Assembly: GCF_009914755.1 (NCBI RefSeq)
Contig: NC_060935.1
Direction: 5' to 3' (one strand)
DNA from: the human T2T-CHM13v2.0 reference genome, Homo sapiens
Length of the DNA stretch: 64,000 nt
Both the position numbers and the translations under genes were made by a program. The notes beneath the pieces were generated by a model. It ran no database searches. It was given only the letters and a program-made list of their open reading frames with translations, and had not been told where the DNA came from. This document shows, in pieces, positions 29,642 to 48,234 of this stretch. Positions within the stretch are counted from its first letter, which is position 1; each line of letters begins with the position of its first letter.

Positions 29642-30313
29642 TGTGATGAATTTTCTTTTATCTCTGATACAATATAGATGAAAATTTTCTGTAAACTGGG
29701 ATGTACTATACAAATATTAGTTATGATTAATAATCATTATAAAAGAGTAGAGAAATAACATGAAGTTTTTCTTGACATTCTCAATATTATTTTAGAAATC
29801 CAAAGCATAATTCCTGGTCTGGAGTGAGGTAGAATTAACCTAGCACATGGCCATTGGGGAGCAGGGCAAGTGAAGTTCTTTTGATACAAGAGCTGTTTGG
29901 CTCAGGATTCTGTCTGGGCAGGGGGTATCTAATTCCACATTCTCCTTGATGACATCACCGTTTCTTGCAGACATTGAAGATTCTTTGAATATCTCTCCTA
30001 CTCTTATCTCTTCAAGCTGTAGCTAAAATTTTAAATTCTACTTCTGAAATGCTTTCATTACCAATCCTCTCTCTCTACCTCTATTTACAAAATACAAACC
30101 ACTCAATGAGTGTCAGGTACTGTATAGTCGTGTTCCTTCATGCCTCACAGCAGCTCCATGAGGTATGTACTACATCATCTCCAATATACAGATGAGAAGA
30201 CTGAAACTCTGAGAGGGGAAATAACAGACCCACACTCAGATGGCTAGCAGGTGGCAGGTGGCAGAAGGGAATCTTGACCAAGAGACTTACCATAGCCTAA
30301 GTGGTTCCCCATG

Positions 30314-30676
30314 TGTATTAGTCCATTTTCATACTGCTGTGAAGAAATACCTGAGACTGGGTAATTAATTAAAAAAAAGAGGTTTAGTGAACTCATAGTT
30401 CCACATGGCTGGGGAGGCCTCACAATCATGGCAGAAGGCAAAGGAGGAGCAAAGCCATGTCTTACATGGTGGCAGGCAAGAGAGCTTGTGCAGGGGAACT
30501 GTCCTTTATAAAACCATCAGATCTCATGAGACTTATTCATGATCATGAGAATAGCATGGGAAAAACCTGCCCCATGATTCAGTTACCTCCCACTGGGTCC
30601 CTCCCATGATATGTGGGGATTATGGGAGCTACAATTCAAGATGAGATTTGGGTGGGGACACAGCCAAACCATATCA
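30314..30676 (-). mobile_element. THE1 (C/D-like) solo LTR
   Basis: tgtattagtccattttc...cagccaaaccatatca; perfect 5-bp TSD ccatg (30309-30313, 30677-30681). Confidence 0.93.
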
Positions 30677-31129
30677 CCATGTGAATTCTCTCCATTTCCA
30701 TCCATCCTCCACACTGCTGCCAGAGTGCTCTTTCCAAGTCTGCTGGTGCCATTGTCCTGATTAAAACCCCTAAATGATGTTTTAATGTCTTTGGGCATAT
30801 TCCACAATCTCAGCTTCATGTGTGCCCTCTCCATGAGCCAACTCTAGCCTCTCTCAGGCTCTCTACTCCACAGAGCTCCTGGACCACATCACAGCATCGC
30901 AGTCGTGGAATACGACTGCTTTTTTTTTTTTTTTCCAACTTGCTTTTTCTGCCTGGATACCTGATGGTCATTCTCTGTCCTTCTTCAAGTACTGGAGAAG
31001 GACTGTCCAAGCACAGCCTGATGCACATACTTCACTCCACTACAGGCAGTTATGTGTGATGGCCAAAGCAGAGGCTCAGGAGAAAGACAGAACTGAGTTA
31101 AGCCTCTTCCTAGCTACATGAACTAGGAT

Positions 31130-31425
31130 ACTTCGTGGAAGAAAATTTTTCCATGGGGTGAGGAGCAGGGGGATAGTTTTGGGATGAAACTTCCACTTCA
31201 GATCATCAGGCATTAGTTAGATTCTTATAAGGAGCATGCAACAGAGATCCCTCACATGCACAGTTCACAATAGGGTCCATGCTCCTATGAGAATCTAATG
31301 CCACCACTGATCTAACAGGAGACAGAGCTCAGGTGGTAATTCTCGCTCACCTCCTGCTGTGCAGCCTGGTTTGTAACAGGCCAGAGACCCATATTTGTCC
31401 ATGGCCCAGGGGTTGGAGACCCCTG
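31130..31425 (-). mobile_element. MER1B hAT-Charlie MITE, one terminus missing
   Basis: cagatcatcaggcattagttagattc...ggcccaggggttggagacccctg. Confidence 0.85.
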
Positions 31426-31655
31426 CTTTATAAGACAATGAAGGGAGACCTGAGCTGCCACACTCAGCCTCCTCATATGGGATGCCCTGTGCCACCTCAG
31501 GACCCTGCAGAGAGTCCCCATCAGCAAGAAGGCCTTCAGCAGATGCGCCTCCTTAACCGTGGAATTCTCAGCCTCCAGAGAAATACATTCCTTTTCTTTA
31601 TAAATTACCCTATTTCAGGTATTTTATTATAAGCAACAGAAAATGGTCTAAGACC
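31426..31655 (+). mobile_element. MST-type MaLR LTR, 3' half
   Basis: ggaccctgcagagagtcccc...ataaattacc...gcaacagaaaatggtctaagac. Confidence 0.75.
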
Positions 31656-33909
31656 TTTTGCACCTTCCGAGAGCATTTCCTGAGATGTGGCTGGGGGGAA
31701 TGGGAGTTATACTATCTTTTATAATATGTAATCCCGAGGGGTAGGCATTCTACAATTGAGGAAACCAAGGCCTGGAGCAATTAGGAGATTAGGATTAGCC
31801 TCAACCTTTCAGGATTCACCAGGCAATAAGGAGTTGAAGACAAATCTGGAACCAGATTCATTTAAATTCAAACACAAAATTCTTTCTTCTATACCAACCT
31901 GCCTTGTATGGTGGATGAGATACTTGACTACTCTTAAAGAGACTTTCTAATCTCTTGCTCTCAAATGATGAGATGATTAAGTGAATGAATAAATGAATGA
32001 GTAATAAAGCATTAATTGGTTAAAAGTAAACAAGAAGACCTCGCAAGGTAGCAAAGGAGAGTATGACTTTAAGTGCAAGTATTCAAAGCTAGCAGAGGCC
32101 CTTCCCAGATCCCTTAGAGGTAAGATGCAGACTTAGGCTATTCAGAACTCAAGTATTTAAGTGTGTTAGTGTCTTCAGAATAAATGGACAAATATTTTAA
32201 CTTTTGCGAGTTAGTTCCTAAGAAGTTAAAAATAAAGATGTGGCTTTGTCCCACCTCCCCACTATCTAGACCCAATCAAAGCAATACTACTGTTATCAAG
32301 TTGATACTTGGGGTCTCATTAAATATTCCTTTATAAATAAGGATTCTGTGCTTTAAAAGAAATAGTTGGAAACCACAGCTCTAAGTGATCAGCTGCCACA
32401 AGATGGCTTGGGACAATCTCCAGAGCAGGGGAGGGAGGGATGGTTGACAGATACTGTTTAGCCGAATGCCACTATTCCTCCCCCACTTCCAATCTCTTTT
32501 TACTCAAACACATGCCTGGCTGATGTTCATAGCTTACAAACACCTTTCACACACATTATTTCAGCTGATTCCAACAATGACTCTGAAGATTACACAGGAG
32601 TGTGTCCCCTCCAATTTAAAGATGAGAAAACTAAGGTTGGAAACAGTGAGCAGCTACAAAGTGGCAGAGCCTAGGCTGGGACATCCATGTTCATCTCTCT
32701 CTGATTTTGTCGGTCAGTCTTTGTGGTAACTTTTCGCTAAGCAGATCCAATTTTGCTATAAAGTTATTTAGAAGAAATACAAGCCAGAAGTTTTGCCTGG
32801 TCTAAATTCGGCATCCTCTACTCTAAAAAGCATGTGTCTAATTTGGGGATGGGGCCCTAGAAAGAGAAGAGTGCCACCAGACTTGGAGCTCAGGGAGAAT
32901 TGCATTTCAGAAATGTAACCCCATATGTGTAAAATTTCTTGCATCTCTGCTGGTCACAGTAACTTGGAGGGGGAGGGGGAGGGTCTAACCCACTGAGGAA
33001 TGTGGCATCTCTTGGGTACTTTTCTGTCCAGGCAACCTAGCATTTGTTACAGCTTTTTCCACAATAATCCAAGGACCAACTCCCTCCTAACAAAATATAG
33101 GCACAATGCAGAAAAAGCACTGGATGTGAGTTGCGGTATCTGGTTCCCACCTGGCCTCTACCATTAAATGCTTGGTATTCTTGGATGGTCACATTCCTTC
33201 CCAGAGTCTTCTTTGTCATTTATAACCGAGGTGTCCACTCTAACAGTCTATGACTGCAGCAGCCTCTTACTTCCTTCTAAGCTCTGCTTCTCTTGGCTGT
33301 GATTGCCAGACTCCAGTCTCTTTGATCTGAGCTAGATAACAACCGGCCTCTCTTGGTCCTTGACAACGTATGGAATATGTCTGGATCTAAACTGAGTCAT
33401 GTTTCACAGAGATATTTGATGGAGGCCCTTGGAAGGCCACTTGAATAATTTTCTGTATGTCCAGTGAGTTTCTTCATTCCCTGCTCCTGAGCTAATAGGA
33501 AGTCATGTGACCTCCCTGTTCAGAAGGTGACCACCACTCATCACTGCCCCAGACCATTTCCTACATGCACAATCAAATGGAGCTACTACAAATCACCTCA
33601 ACAGTCTCTCTCTTTTTCTCGTGAGGGCTTGGCACTGAGCTCAAAGCCATGATGAACTTTAGGGATCAAATTCCTGCTGCTAGGAGGTTAATTAAAATTC
33701 TAGGGCCTGAGGTAGCTTTACTTTCCCTGCTGGGTTGGAGGAGAAGGGTCTAATTGCAATCAATGCAGCCTCCCTTCTATTCCTTCCCCAGGTTTCTCTG
33801 ACCTGGAAGATAGCTTTAGAGGATGAGAAAGAGGTAACAGGGTAAACAGGTGAAGTTAAGAGGAGGAGAGAGAAAATAAACACAAAGTGACCAATGCAGA
33901 TAGACAGTT

Positions 33910-34450
33910 CCTGCATACTCTGTTGGTGGAGTCTACTCTGGGCAGCATCACTTAGAAAAGAACCTGACCTTGAATAGCAAGAGCCTTAAATGTGTTCATG
34001 CCATTTGACCCAGTAATTCCACTTCTACAAATCTGTCCTAAGGACCTGATCAGAAATACAAATAAAGCTTTATGCACAGGCATGCTTATCACAGGGCTGT
34101 TCAGTATAAATGAATATTGGAAATAATCTAAGTGTCTGATCTGGGATTGGTTATGTAAATTGTGACTCATCTATATAGGATGGAACATTCTGTAGCAATT
34201 TAAAATGATGTTAAGGAAGGCATTTTTATGGCATGGTTAAATGCTTATGATGTAATGTTAAGCAAAATCAGGCAGAACAATTTTTAGAAAGAAATTATCA
34301 ATAATATTATATGCAGATAAAAAAGTGCTTAAGTATCCTGGAAAGAAATATACCAACATGTTAACAGTGGTTGAATTATCAGATGGGATAAAATTTGCTT
34401 GAATTTTCCAAATTTTTATAATGATCATGTAATTTTTTTATAATTAAAAA
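33910..34450 (+). mobile_element. Old L1ME 3' fragment
   Basis: tgttcatgccatttgacccagtaattccacttcta...attggaaataatctaagtgtc. Confidence 0.7.
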
Positions 34451-36129
34451 GGAAGATAAAATTAAAGAGAACTAAAGAGCTATTTTCTCCCTTGAAATCA
34501 CGAATGTTTTGGACCAACCTCTATTGCAATGGCTGTTAAGTCTATAAGCTTAGCCTTAAGCCAGTAGGCTATTTGTTCTATCAACAACCAAATCAAAAAA
34601 CCCTGTTTAAAGGCTAAAGATTACGTCTGGCGTGGGTGATATTCTGAAACCTGAAGAATCATCTTCTCTAAGGAGCCTTTCCTGGCTCATGTCAGGCACC
34701 TCTCCATGTTCCCAGGTCCCTCATATAGACCATCTGTGCTTTACCATTTAAAGGATTTTGTGGTGTTTAGGGATGGGAGGGATCTTAGAGATGATTTAGT
34801 TCATATATTAATTCTTTTATTCATGTATTCACTCATTCATTATAAATAACATTTCTTGAGTTCTGAGTTAGGCATTAAGGATCATAATACATGGCCTTTA
34901 CCTTAGAGCCTCTGACAGTGCAGTGGGTGGGGGCCAGGATGGCCAGCACAGAGTGGGAAACAGGTAATGATAATGAAGTGTGGGAGAGTTTATTCATCCT
35001 CTCTGGCACATAGTGCCCACTAAATGTTTAATGAATGGATGAATTGTGCACTGAGAGGGGTCACAAAGGGTGCTATGTGACTTTGAGGGAAAGATACTCA
35101 ACACAATTCAGCGCTGGTAGTATTCAAAAAATAACTACTGTAGGGGTATCCCATCTTACTAATGAGGTCCATATATTATACAACTTGATAAAGGTTCAAA
35201 GTGCTTTGGTGACAGGGCTGAGCTTTGAATTCAAGTTTTAGAACTCTCAGTTCTTCCAACTATACAGAAGTCTGGATTCACCTTCAGGACTTAGCTCAGG
35301 GGTTCCCTTATCTGGGGATCCTGTCATGACTTCTTCACAGATGGTCAGGTGGCCCCCATCAGGGATCCCACAGCCCCCTGTCCTCACTGCATCATAGCAC
35401 TGCATGTCCAAGTTGGAATTGTTGTTGACTTACCTGCCCCTCTCCCCAAAACACATTTCTTCAGTGCAGGACTCTGTCTTGTTTGCCATTGTATACTTAA
35501 TGCCACGCCCAGAGCCAGAGCTCGGTAAGTATTTTATGAAACACTTCTAATTGTTCCTAATTAGCGCCAATAAAATAAACATCCTAACTATCCTGGGTGT
35601 TGTCTTAAAGCTTAGTTTTCAGGCAAATCGCCCCATTGGTGCTGACTCAGGTCTTGCTGGCTTCTGAGGCTCACTCATCCCTCATCACTTCCAAGTTTTT
35701 GCCCTGAGAGCCAACTGTCACCCTGGCTTCCAGTGGTCACACTTTAATGGCAAAACTCAACTTCTTCCTCATGTTCTTGCCACATTTGTTCCTTTCCCAA
35801 CTCTGCTTTTCTGTGGTAGATGCCGGGGTCACATGTGCCAGGGATATGAGAGATGATAGAGCTGTCCATGCTTGGAGCACCTGGAGGGGTGTGTTTCTTT
35901 CATTCTATCCTCCTTCTCTAGCTTAGCTTGGGCTGCGCTATCTCCTCATCAGCATGGTTCTTATCATCACTCTTGCTCCAACACTTACATAAACCTCTGT
36001 CTCACACCTAGACCCAACTTGGTGGCCAAAAGTTTGCCTGGGACAAGTAGCTGAGGAAAGAGTAGAATATGGGCAGAGTGGGGGCTTGGAGTCAGGCAAG
36101 CTAAGTTTGAATCTCCTTTTGGCTGTGAG

Positions 36130-36455
36130 AAAGAGACTGCTGTGCAGCTGTGGTTTTTGCCAAGTGGCTTCCATTTGCCTTCTTTTTTGGTAATGGTACC
36201 TTGGCATTTCCCTGGGGAATTGCTCTCTCCCACACTGGTCTTCCAGGGTGCAGCACCTGACCAAGCCTAGCAGCACAGAGCCTTCTTCTGGCCACAGTGA
36301 TGGGCTCAGGGAGGTGCAAGTGGCATGCTCAGAACCAATAAGAGGAAATGAGAGTTCTGATGATACTTTCAGGAAAGAGAATCTCATTTTTTTTTCCTAT
36401 GGGTTCTGAAACTAAGAGAATCGCATGGGGCTGCAGCTGTTGTTACCATGCTAAA
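36130..36455 (+). mobile_element. MLT1 (J/K/L-like) LTR fragment
   Basis: ctggccacagtgatgggctcagg...cagaaccaataagag. Confidence 0.45.
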
Positions 36456-36473
36456 ACTTAAAACCAAGCAATG

Positions 36474-36950
<477 letters not shown>

Positions 36951-36982
36951 TCACTGAGGAAGTGCAAGGGGTTGGGGGATTT

Positions 36983-37207
36983 TCATTTCTTAGCCAAGGG
37001 AAGCCATGACAGGCTGTACCTGGAAAAATGGGACACTCCGCCCAAATACTGCGCTTTTCCAAGTCTTAGCAAATGGCACACCAGGAAATTATATCCCCTG
37101 CCTGGCTTGTTGGGTCCCATGCCCACGGAGCCTTGCTCACTGCTAGCGCAGCAGTCTGAGATCCACCTGCAAGGCAGCAGCTTGGCAGGGGGAGGGGTGT
37201 CCCCCAT
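36983..37207 (-). CDS. L1 ORF0 homolog (antisense 5'UTR ORF, 74 aa); expression unknown
   Basis: MGDTPPPAKLLPCRWISDCCASSEQGSVGMGP... aligns by eye to ORF0 (MAGAPPPASLPPCSLISDCCASNQRDSVGVGP...); Kozak context gcaATGG. Confidence 0.6.
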   Translation of the reverse strand: MGDTPPPAKLLPCRWISDCCASSEQGSVGMGPNKPGRGYNFLVCHLLRLGKAQYLGGVSHFSRYSLSWLPLAKK

Positions 37208-37801
37208 TGCTGAGGCTTGAGTAGATAAAGTGGCTGGAGAAACTCGAACTGGGCAGAGCCCACTGCAGCTCAGCAAGGCCTGCTGCCTCTGTAGACTCCA
37301 CCTCTGGGAGTAGGGCATAACCGAACAAAAGGCAGCAGAAACTTCTGTAGACTTAAACATCCCTGTCTGGCAGCTCTGAAGAGAGCAGTGGTTCTTCCAG
37401 CACGGTGTTTGAGCTCTGAGAATGGACAGACTGCCTCCTCAAGTTGGTCCCTGACCCCCGTGTAGCCTAACTGGGAGACACCTCCCAGTAGGGGCTGACT
37501 GGTACCTCATACAGGCAGGTGTCCCTCTTAGACGAAACTCCCAGAGGAAGGATCAGGCAGCAATATTTGCTGCTCTGCAATATTCATTGTTCTGTAGCCT
37601 TCACTGGTGATACCCAGGCAAACAGGGTCTGGAGTCGACTTCCAGAAACTCCAAAAGACCTGCAGCTGAAGGACCTGACTGTTAGAAGGAAAACTAACAA
37701 ATAGAAAGGAATAGCATCAACATCAACAAAAAGGACATCCACACCAAAACCCCATCGTAGATCACCAATATCAAAGACCAAAGGAAGATAAAACCACAAA
37801 G

Positions 37802-38827
37802 TTGGGGAGAAACCAGAGCAGAAAAGCTGAATATTCTAAAAACCAGAGCACCTCTTCTCCTCCGAAGGATTGCAGCTCCTCACCAGCAATGGAAGAAAGC
37901 TGGATGGAGAATGACTTTGATGAGCTGACAGAAGTAGGCTTCAGGAGGTTGGTAATAACAAACTTCTCTGAGCTAAAGGAGGATGTTTGAACCCATTGCA
38001 AGGAAGCAAAAACCTTGAAAAAAGATTAGACGAATGGCTAACAAGAATAAAAAGCATAAAGAAGACCTTAAATGACCTGATGGAGCTGAAAAACATGGCA
38101 TGAGAACTACGTGACACATGCACAAGCTTCAATAGCCGATTTGATCAAGTGGAAGAAAGGGTATCAGTGATTGAAGATCAAAGTAATGAAATAAAGTGAG
38201 AAGAGAAGTTTGGAGAAAAAAGAGTAAAAAGAAATGAACAAAGCCTCCATGAAATATGGGACTATGTGAAAAGACCAAAACTACATTTGATTGGTGTACC
38301 TGAAAGTGATGGGGAGAATGGAACGAAGTTGGAAAATACTCTGCAGGATATTATCCAGGAGAACTTCCCCAATCTAGCAAGGCAGGCCAACATTCACATT
38401 CAGGAAACACAGAGAACACCACAAAGATACTCCTCAACAAGAGCAAATCCAAGACACATAATTGTCAGATTCATCAATGTTGAAATGAAGGAAAAAATGT
38501 TAAGGGCAGCCAGAGAGAAAGGTTGGGTTACCCACAAAGGGAAGCCCATCAGACTAACAGCACATCTCTTGGCAGAAACTCTACAAGCCAGAAGAGAGTG
38601 GGGGCCAATATTCAACATTCTGAAATAAAAGAATTTTCAACCCAGAATTTCATATCCAGCCAAACTAAGCTTCCTAAGTGAAGGATAAATAAAATCCTTT
38701 AGAGGCAAGGAAGTGCTGAGAGATTTTGTCACCACCAGGCCTGCCCTAAAATAGCTCCTGAAGGAAGCACTAAACATGGAAAGGAAAAACTGGTACCAGT
38801 CACTGCAAAAAACATGCCAAATTGTAA
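37802..38827 (+). pseudogene. L1 ORF1 remnant
   Basis: Start ATG>TTG; several stops and frameshifts; KRPKLHLIGVPE fragment. Confidence 0.9.
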
Positions 38828-38890
38828 AGACCATCAATGCCAGGAAGAAACTGCATTAAATAACAGGCAAAATAACCAGCTAACATCATA

Positions 38891-41808
<2,918 letters not shown>

Positions 41809-41809
41809 A

Positions 41810-42431
<622 letters not shown>

Positions 42432-42544
42432 TGAATTTTCCCTTTTTGTAAGTCAGTTGGGTTGCATCTTCTGTCATTGGCAGTCAATTGAATCTCAGGT
42501 GACAGTGGCTTAACTGAGCTTGTTTCTTCTGTTGCATTTTTCAA

Positions 42545-43050
42545 AAATGTTCTTTAATTGTGATAAAATATATGTAACATAAAACATGCCATTTTAACTC
42601 TTTTTAAGTGTACAATTCTGTGCTATTGATTACATCTACAATATTATGTAACCATTATGGCTATTTATTTCTAAAATTCGTTCATCACCCCAAACAAAAA
42701 CTCTGTACCCATTAACCAAGAACTTCTCAATATTCCCTCTTCTCAGCCCCTGGTAATCTCTAATATACCTTCTGTCTTTATAAATTTACTTATTCTAGAT
42801 ATCTCATGTTAGTGGAATCATACAATATCTGAACTTTTGTTCCTGGTTTATTTCACTTAGCATACTATTTTCAAGGTTCATTCATGTTGTAGTATGCATC
42901 AGAATTTCATTCTTTTGTGTGACTGAAAAATATTCCATTGTGTGTGTGTGTGTGTCTGTCTGTCTCACACAATTTGTTTATCCATTTATCTGTTGATGGA
43001 TATGAGTCGTTTCCACCTTTTGTCTCTCATAAATTGTGCTGCTATGAGCT
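42545..43050 (-). mobile_element. L1MB/MC 3' end, with (TG)n at ~42939-42954
   Basis: aagtgtacaattc...gtggaatcatacaatat...tttcacttagcat. Confidence 0.8.
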
Positions 43051-44019
43051 CTTGCTCTGTATTTTAAATACCTACACTACAAGAAGACCAGAGGAGTAAA
43101 GGAGCTGATGGTAATAAGATGCATAGTGTCTTGTGGAGGGGACTCACAGATGGTTGTCAGAGCTATTGCAATTGAGTGTCAGGGCACTGCTCACTCGGGG
43201 GCCAGTCTCTTGTCAGAAGCACAGGGGGTGAAGGGGAGAAGCCATTGATGTCTGGAGTGTGGAGGCCTACTGACTTAGGGTGTTGTTTTTGAAAATACCA
43301 GAAGCCCATAGTAACCTAGTAATTAGACTGGCACTGTCGCCGACGTTTGTTTAATGGTTGAGTGATCAGAAGTTTTCTTTCATTATTTTTCTTTCTCCTG
43401 TCAACTCTGGCTCATTAGAAAGGCATGTGAATCTTTCCTTACACATAATTTTCCAACTCTGAAGTGAGAAATTGAACTGAACTCAATTACAGCAGCTGAT
43501 CTAATGTACTTAATTGCACACAGGAGCTGGGAATTTGGAGGGTTCTTTGGGATATGGGGGTGAACAAAGTGGACTTGGAGTTATTGATGTCACCTCTACC
43601 TGTGAGTATGCACATGGTCTCCAGGCCACCTCTCCCCCGTCTCTAGCACACATTTGTGTGTACACATAGAGGAAATGCAGATGCTGTAACATCATGTCCT
43701 CTGAGGTGGTGGCACTTCCTCTTATGGTTTGGCTTATGAATTTACAATTGCTTTCAAATACTAATTCAGAAGCGTGCATAAGTTTTTTAAAAATATGTTT
43801 CCCCGCTGAACAACTGCAGCAAAACTAATGAAAAAAAGTTATGCAAAGAAGGAAAGTTGACTGGAGGGCAGAGCTTCTCTCCAAAGGAAAAACAGTAAAC
43901 AGGACAGGTTGGAATCCTGCTGCTTCTCAGCAGAGCACACAGCAGCATTGTGGGGTCTGTGAAAGCTGGCGTCCTGTAATCAATACAGCCACCTTGGCCC
44001 TAGGGAGCTCATCATCCTC

Positions 44020-44260
44020 ATAGTGATGACCATGCACTGAGCACTGGATCTGTGCTGGGTACTTTGTCCTTGCTTTTCATACCTTAACTTCAGTCTTTAA
44101 GACACTCCTGTGCAGCAGATAAAAGTGGTATTCCTGTTTTACAGATGGGGACAGTGATTTTCGGAGGGCACAAAGACTCGCTTGAGTGAGTAACAGCATG
44201 GGGTTGAATCTCTGGTCTGAGCCAAAGCCAGGGGTTGTTGCATTATGTCCCAGCGCCACA
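44020..44260 (-). mobile_element. MIR SINE
   Basis: cctgttttacagatggggacagtga. Confidence 0.65.
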
Positions 44261-44821
44261 CCAAAGCTTCCGAATCCAAGGCACAGAGAGGGCCAGGCAA
44301 AACAGAAACTGTCATCTGCCCCTCCTTCCTCCTTGACCCTTCCCTGCCTTCTGCTTCCATTGTCACTTTCTGTACTCCTCATCCTTCACTTTCCCTTCTC
44401 CCTCATTTCCGTCCTTCCTCCTGAAGTCATCCTCCATTCTTTTTCCTTCCTCTCCATTCTCACTGATCTTTCATCAATAATCGGTCATGCAGTTGTCACT
44501 CTGAAAACCAAAAAGGGGCCCTAGGCAAGAAAACTTTTCAACATAATTGTGAGGTGCAAGGTTGGCAGGAGCCACTGAGATTGAGCCATGATACTCTGAA
44601 GGGCAGCAATGAGCAGCCTAAACATGAAGAAACCCTTGACCTACATCGGGGGCCTGTGACCAGGCACCAGTCCTCTGGCCTGGGCTATTGCTCCAAAATA
44701 GGCCAGAGAAATGTCTTTAACTTTCATTGGTGGGTGCTGTCCAAATCCAGGAGCTATGCAGAATTGAGCATCAGATTGTGAGAAAGGAATTGAATTGGCT
44801 TGGTTAAGAAGGAGGGGAGCC

Positions 44822-45035
44822 GGCCGGGCGCAGTGGCTCACACCTGTAATCCCAGCACTTTGGGAGGCCAAGATGGATGGATCATTAAGGAGACTGAGAC
44901 CATCCTGGCCAACATGGTGAAACCCCATCTCTACTAAAAATACAAAAATTAGCTGGGCATGGTGGCGCGTGCCTGTAATCTCAGCTACTCGGGAGGCTGA
45001 GGTCGGAGAATTGCTTAAAACAGGGAGTCGGAGGC
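44822..45035 (+). mobile_element. Alu (Sc-like), 3'-truncated
   Basis: ggccgggcgcagtggctcac...gaccatcctggccaac; ends at ggagg with no tail. Confidence 0.88.
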
Positions 45036-45483
45036 GTGCTGCCAGTGACCAGTTCTGATGTGTCTCGCTTTCCTTGGCAAGGGGTATGGCAGACCCAAGC
45101 CATTTGAAGCCTGGGAAGAGGGTTACCATTATCTGCTCTTTGGCTGGCATCGCTATTTTCTACTCTTAGGTTTTATACATTTCAGATCCACTTTGGCGAG
45201 TCTGATCATGAGGTCAACCAAGGCAAGGACCAACTCTATGATTATCCCATGTTTATAAATGACAAAACTGAGAGTTGAGTTGGAGGATAAAGGATCTTCT
45301 TCAAGGTTGCAGAACTGGGAAGTGGAAAAGCCGGGATGATAAACACAGAAATTCTTTCCACTTATTCATGCTGCTTGATACCCTGTTTGAAGGCCAGGAA
45401 GAATGGTATTTGGAGACGAGAATAGGATTTGAAGTCAGCGGAATCCTGTTCTGAATCTTGACTTCACAACTTATAAGCCAAGT

Positions 45484-45662
45484 ATTTCCACTCTACATGT
45501 TTTTCCACTACACAAAACTCTCTTGGTTTGTCTTGTGGTCTGCTTTATACAAGTAATTGCAACAGAATTCACAGAGGAGGAACTGCTCCATGGTGCTTAA
45601 ATGTCTGGTCCCTGTTAGTTGCTCTGAGTACACAGAAGGCAGCCTGACAGCATGACTCTCCT
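45484..45662 (+). repeat. 179-bp local direct repeat, copy 1 (probable donor)
   Basis: Ungapped match to 48332-48510, ~9 mismatches counted by eye. Confidence 0.95.
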
Positions 45663-46058
45663 GGGAGGGAAGCCTGGCAGAGCCTAATTACGCCCAGAGA
45701 ACAACTTTCACCTCGTGGGATCAGGGCCTTAACTGATGGGGATGTGTGCTAAAAAGCATTTTCCAAGTGAGAACTTGGATGCTGTAAAAACAAAATGGAA
45801 TGATTAGGGAGGCGCTGGACCATGGGAGTGTTTTCCTTGAGCAAGTCTTTTAACCTTGCTGTGAAGCTGACCCTCGCTCAGGCACTGACAGCCTTTTTGG
45901 AACAGAGGAAACAAGTTAAGTTCTTTTTAATGTATAGTAAATTGAGCTTGTCAACCTTGACAAGGTCCCTTTAAGGAGATGGTCACTAAGAGGACAGCTT
46001 GCCCAGAAGACATGCAGCTTGGGAAGCTTTGTAGACGGCATTTTCTCTCATGATTTAA

Positions 46059-46406
<348 letters not shown>

Positions 46407-46802
46407 CGTTTCATCCTTCTTTAACAAAGTCTATCATTTATTAGTAATTACAATGGGCCAAAACCCATGCTAAGCACTTTTTACATGTATTCTCTGATGT
46501 AATCCTCCTAACACTCCTATGAAAAAGGTTTAATTTTATCCTCATTTTACAGCAAAGGAAAGTAAGGATCAAAGACATGCTGTATCACAGTTGATGGCTT
46601 TCAATAGGTGAGTCTGACTTCTACCCTTAGATTCTTAATATCTTTGGATAATATTATTTGAACAAGTCAAACTGTTTTCTTTTGCTATGTGTCCTTCCAG
46701 ATCTTGCCCACGCATGCACATGATTTTTACATAACTGTAAAGTTACTTTATAGCAATTATTTGTATTCTTTTAAGATAATTATTTGTATTCTTTTATGAT
46801 TA

Positions 46803-48160
<1,358 letters not shown>

Positions 48161-48234
48161 TCTTACAGTAATTTACAATGGGAAGATTATCTAAAGTTTG
48201 ACCTATTCTGTTTTATTGAACATGGAAGAAAGGA

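Noticed and set aside
44641-45150. 169-aa minus ORF (also 13707-14015, 36534-36926, 42099-42434, 46800-47135)
   Set aside because: These are translations of antisense Alu sequence.
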